Shown: one piece after another, positions 59,832 to 62,069 of the stretch
Layout of the letters: each line of letters opens with the position of its first letter
How positions within the stretch are numbered: position 1 is the stretch's first letter
DNA from: Eubacteriales bacterium
GTDB taxonomy: Bacteria; Bacillota; Clostridia; Saccharofermentanales; UBA5734
Assembly (NCBI GenBank): GCA_028684955.1
Contig: JAQUEY010000003.1
Location: 1-62,069, forward strand
DNA: 62,069 bases
Direction: 5' to 3'
Position numbers and translations under genes: made by a program
Notes under the pieces: model-generated
The model's input: only the letters and a program-made list of their open reading frames with translations
Database searches by the model: none
Told to the model about the DNA's origin: nothing

Positions 59832-61505
59832 ATGCGCAGTGATGCGATCAAAAAAGGCCCCGGCCGTGCTTCCCACCGTTCCCTGCTCTATGCCCTCGGC
59901 CTGTCCGAAAGTGAAATGAAAAAGCCGTTCATCGGCGTCGTCAATTCTTTTAACGAAATTGTCCCTGGCCACATTCACCTGCGGACCTTGACCGATGCTG
60001 TCAAGGCTGGCATTCGCAATGCTGGCGGCGTCCCATTCGAATTCCCGGCGATCGCAGTGTGCGATGGCATCGCCATGAACCATGCCGGGATGAAATATTC
60101 CCTGATCAGCCGTGACATCATTGCCGACAGCATCGAGATCATGATGATGGCCCACCAGTTCGACGCCGTCGTTTTCATTCCCAGTTGCGACAAGGTCATC
60201 CCTGGCATGCTGCTGGCTGCTGCCCGGCTCAATGTCCCGAGCATCTTTGTCACCGGTGGCCCGATGCTGCCGGGCAAGGTCGGCCGTGACCGCGTCGGCC
60301 TCGGCAATGTTTTTGAAGCGATTGGCAGCCATGCCGCTGGCAAAATGACCGAAACCCAGCTGACTGCGATGGAAATGTCAGCCTGCCCGACCTGCGGCAG
60401 CTGCTCTGGCATGTATACGGCCAACACCATGGCCTGCCTGACCGAGGCGATGGGCCTGGCCCTGCCTGGCAGCGGTACGATCCCGGCCGTCTACTCCGAC
60501 CGTATCCGCCTGGCCAAAATGACTGGTGAAAAGATCATGGATCTCTACGAGTCGGGCGTGACCGCGCTTGACATCATGACTCCGGCAGCCTTGCGCAATG
60601 CCCTGCGCATGGACATGGCCCTCGGCGGTTCGACCAATTCCGTCCTGCACATGCTGGCGATCTCTCGTGAAGCTGGCTACAGCCTGACCTTGGATGAAAT
60701 CAACCTGATCAGTGCTGCGACGCCCCAGCTGTGCAAGCTCAATCCCGCCAGCGACCACTACATCTCGGACCTCAATGAAATGGGCGGTATCCGGGCTGTC
60801 ATGACCGAACTGGTCAAGGGCAATCACATTGAACTGGATGCCCTGACGGTCAGCGGTCCGCTCGAGGATCGCCTGGCTGGATCGTTTGGCGCGGATGGCA
60901 TCATCATCCGCCGGATTGACAATCCATATTCAGTCGATGGTGGCCTGGCCGTGCTGAAGGGCAACTTGGCCAAGAACGGCTGTGTGGTCAAAAAAGGTGC
61001 TGTCTTGCCAGAGATGATGCAGCATGAAGGCCCTGCCCGTGTCTTTGACAGTGAAGAAGCAGTGGCAGAAGCCATTTTTGGTGGCCAGATCAAGCCTGGC
61101 GACGTCATTGTTGTCCGTTTCGAAGGCCCCAAAGGCGGCCCAGGCATGCGTGAGATGCTCACGCCCACCAGTGCACTGGCCGGCATGGGACTGGACAACA
61201 GCGTCGCTCTGATCACGGACGGCCGTTTCTCCGGCGCTTCCCGCGGTGCCTCAATCGGTCACGTTTGTCCGGAAGCTGCCGACGGCGGCCTGATCGCCTA
61301 CGTCCAGGAAGGCGACCGGATCCGGATCGACATTCCGGCGCGCACGATCGAATTGCTCGTTTCTGATGAAGAACTGGCTTTGCGCCAGCCGGCACCGCAG
61401 CCGGACCGCAACTTGCGCGGTGTCCTGAACCGCTACCAGTCCCAGGTGATCGCCAGCAGTGTGGGTGCCCGCCTGCGCCGCAATGGCAAGGAGGATGAAT
61501 CATGA
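59832..61505 (+). CDS. ilvD: dihydroxy-acid dehydratase
   Basis: [31 protein letters not shown] and [11 protein letters not shown] are present. I chose ATG 59832; the ORF track start 59823 is GTG. Confidence 0.95.
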   Translation: MRSDAIKKGPGRASHRSLLYALGLSESEMKKPFIGVVNSFNEIVPGHIHLRTLTDAVKAGIRNAGGVPFEFPAIAVCDGIAMNHAGMKYSLISRDIIADSIEIMMMAHQFDAVVFIPSCDKVIPGMLLAAARLNVPSIFVTGGPMLPGKVGRDRVGLGNVFEAIGSHAAGKMTETQLTAMEMSACPTCGSCSGMYTANTMACLTEAMGLALPGSGTIPAVYSDRIRLAKMTGEKIMDLYESGVTALDIMTPAALRNALRMDMALGGSTNSVLHMLAISREAGYSLTLDEINLISAATPQLCKLNPASDHYISDLNEMGGIRAVMTELVKGNHIELDALTVSGPLEDRLAGSFGADGIIIRRIDNPYSVDGGLAVLKGNLAKNGCVVKKGAVLPEMMQHEGPARVFDSEEAVAEAIFGGQIKPGDVIVVRFEGPKGGPGMREMLTPTSALAGMGLDNSVALITDGRFSGASRGASIGHVCPEAADGGLIAYVQEGDRIRIDIPARTIELLVSDEELALRQPAPQPDRNLRGVLNRYQSQVIASSVGARLRRNGKEDES

Positions 61506-62069
61506 ATGGTGCTGATCTGATCGTCAAATTCCTGCTCGACAAGGGTGTCAATCATGCCTTCGGCTATCCGGGCGGCCCCGTGCTCGTGCTCTATGATGCC
61601 ATCTACAATGCCGGATTCCCGCATGTCCAGGTCCGCCATGAACAAGGCGCGATCCACGCAGCCGAGGGCTTTGCCAAGGTCACTGGTATCCCCGGTGTCG
61701 TCATCGCCACATCCGGACCCGGTGCGACCAACCTGGTCACCGGCCTGGCTGACGCGATGCTCGACTCAGTGCCGATCCTGGCCATCACGGGTGCTGTCGC
61801 CCGCAAATCCACCGGCACCGATGCTTTCCAGGAGGCTGACATCACCGGAATCACTCAGCCGATCACCAAATACAATTATCTTGTCATGGATCCCAATGAT
61901 CTGCTGCCGATTCTCGAAGAAGCCTGGCAGCTGACCACCGAGGGCCGTCCCGGCCCAGTCCTGGTCAACGTCCCCAAAGATCTCCTGGCACTCCAGATCG
62001 ACCCGGCTCCCGAGGGCCGCCAAACCAGTACGTATGTCCGCCATCGCCCGGCAAAGGTCCGCACCGAGG
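61502..62069 (+). CDS. ilvB: acetolactate synthase large subunit (partial, 3' end beyond the window)
   Basis: This frame has no stop in the window and so is not in the ORF track. Hand translation gives [35 protein letters not shown]...[30 protein letters not shown], the ThDP N-terminal domain. There is an ATGA overlap with the ilvD stop. Confidence 0.9.
   Translation, partial: MNGADLIVKFLLDKGVNHAFGYPGGPVLVLYDAIYNAGFPHVQVRHEQGAIHAAEGFAKVTGIPGVVIATSGPGATNLVTGLADAMLDSVPILAITGAVARKSTGTDAFQEADITGITQPITKYNYLVMDPNDLLPILEEAWQLTTEGRPGPVLVNVPKDLLALQIDPAPEGRQTSTYVRHRPAKVRTE

Overview
This is a 62-kb chromosomal core segment from a high-GC (roughly 58-60% by eye) Firmicutes/Clostridia-type genome. The taxonomic read rests on SpoVG, a Prp-processed L27, CIRCE-controlled groESL, and the tilS-hpt-ftsH and rpsF-ssb-rpsR-rplI-dnaB blocks. 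I call 1 tRNA and 58 CDS. One CDS (ilvB) is cut by the 3' window edge, and one (a 52-aa rubredoxin) is absent from the ORF track because it is under 60 aa. I also call promoters, intrinsic terminators, a CIRCE operator and several inverted or phased repeats read directly from the sequence. I found no rRNA, CRISPR array, transposase, integrase, phage gene, toxin-antitoxin pair or recognisable defence gene, and no compositional island apart from two AT-rich intergenic regions upstream of the two LCP genes. I therefore cannot point to a clear-cut novel system. The best candidates for undescribed biology are conserved modules of unknown function: (i) a GGGtGRT-family protein paired with an IscU/NifU-like protein, sitting antisense between prmC and prfA; (ii) a GldA/GldF/GldG-like ABC-2 module extended by a DUF4340 protein and a membrane-anchored beta-rich protein; (iii) a translationally coupled CYTH plus two-flavoprotein unit; (iv) a Rho factor carrying an insertion of about 300 aa that looks disordered; (v) a stand-alone E2-like acyltransferase with the catalytic His replaced by Glu; and (vi) a structured leader upstream of cimA that is not a T-box. 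All family assignments come from motif recognition by eye, and no searches were run. The ORF track translates alternative start codons (TTG/GTG) as M, so I refined many starts using ATG and Shine-Dalgarno context, and those starts carry a few codons of uncertainty.
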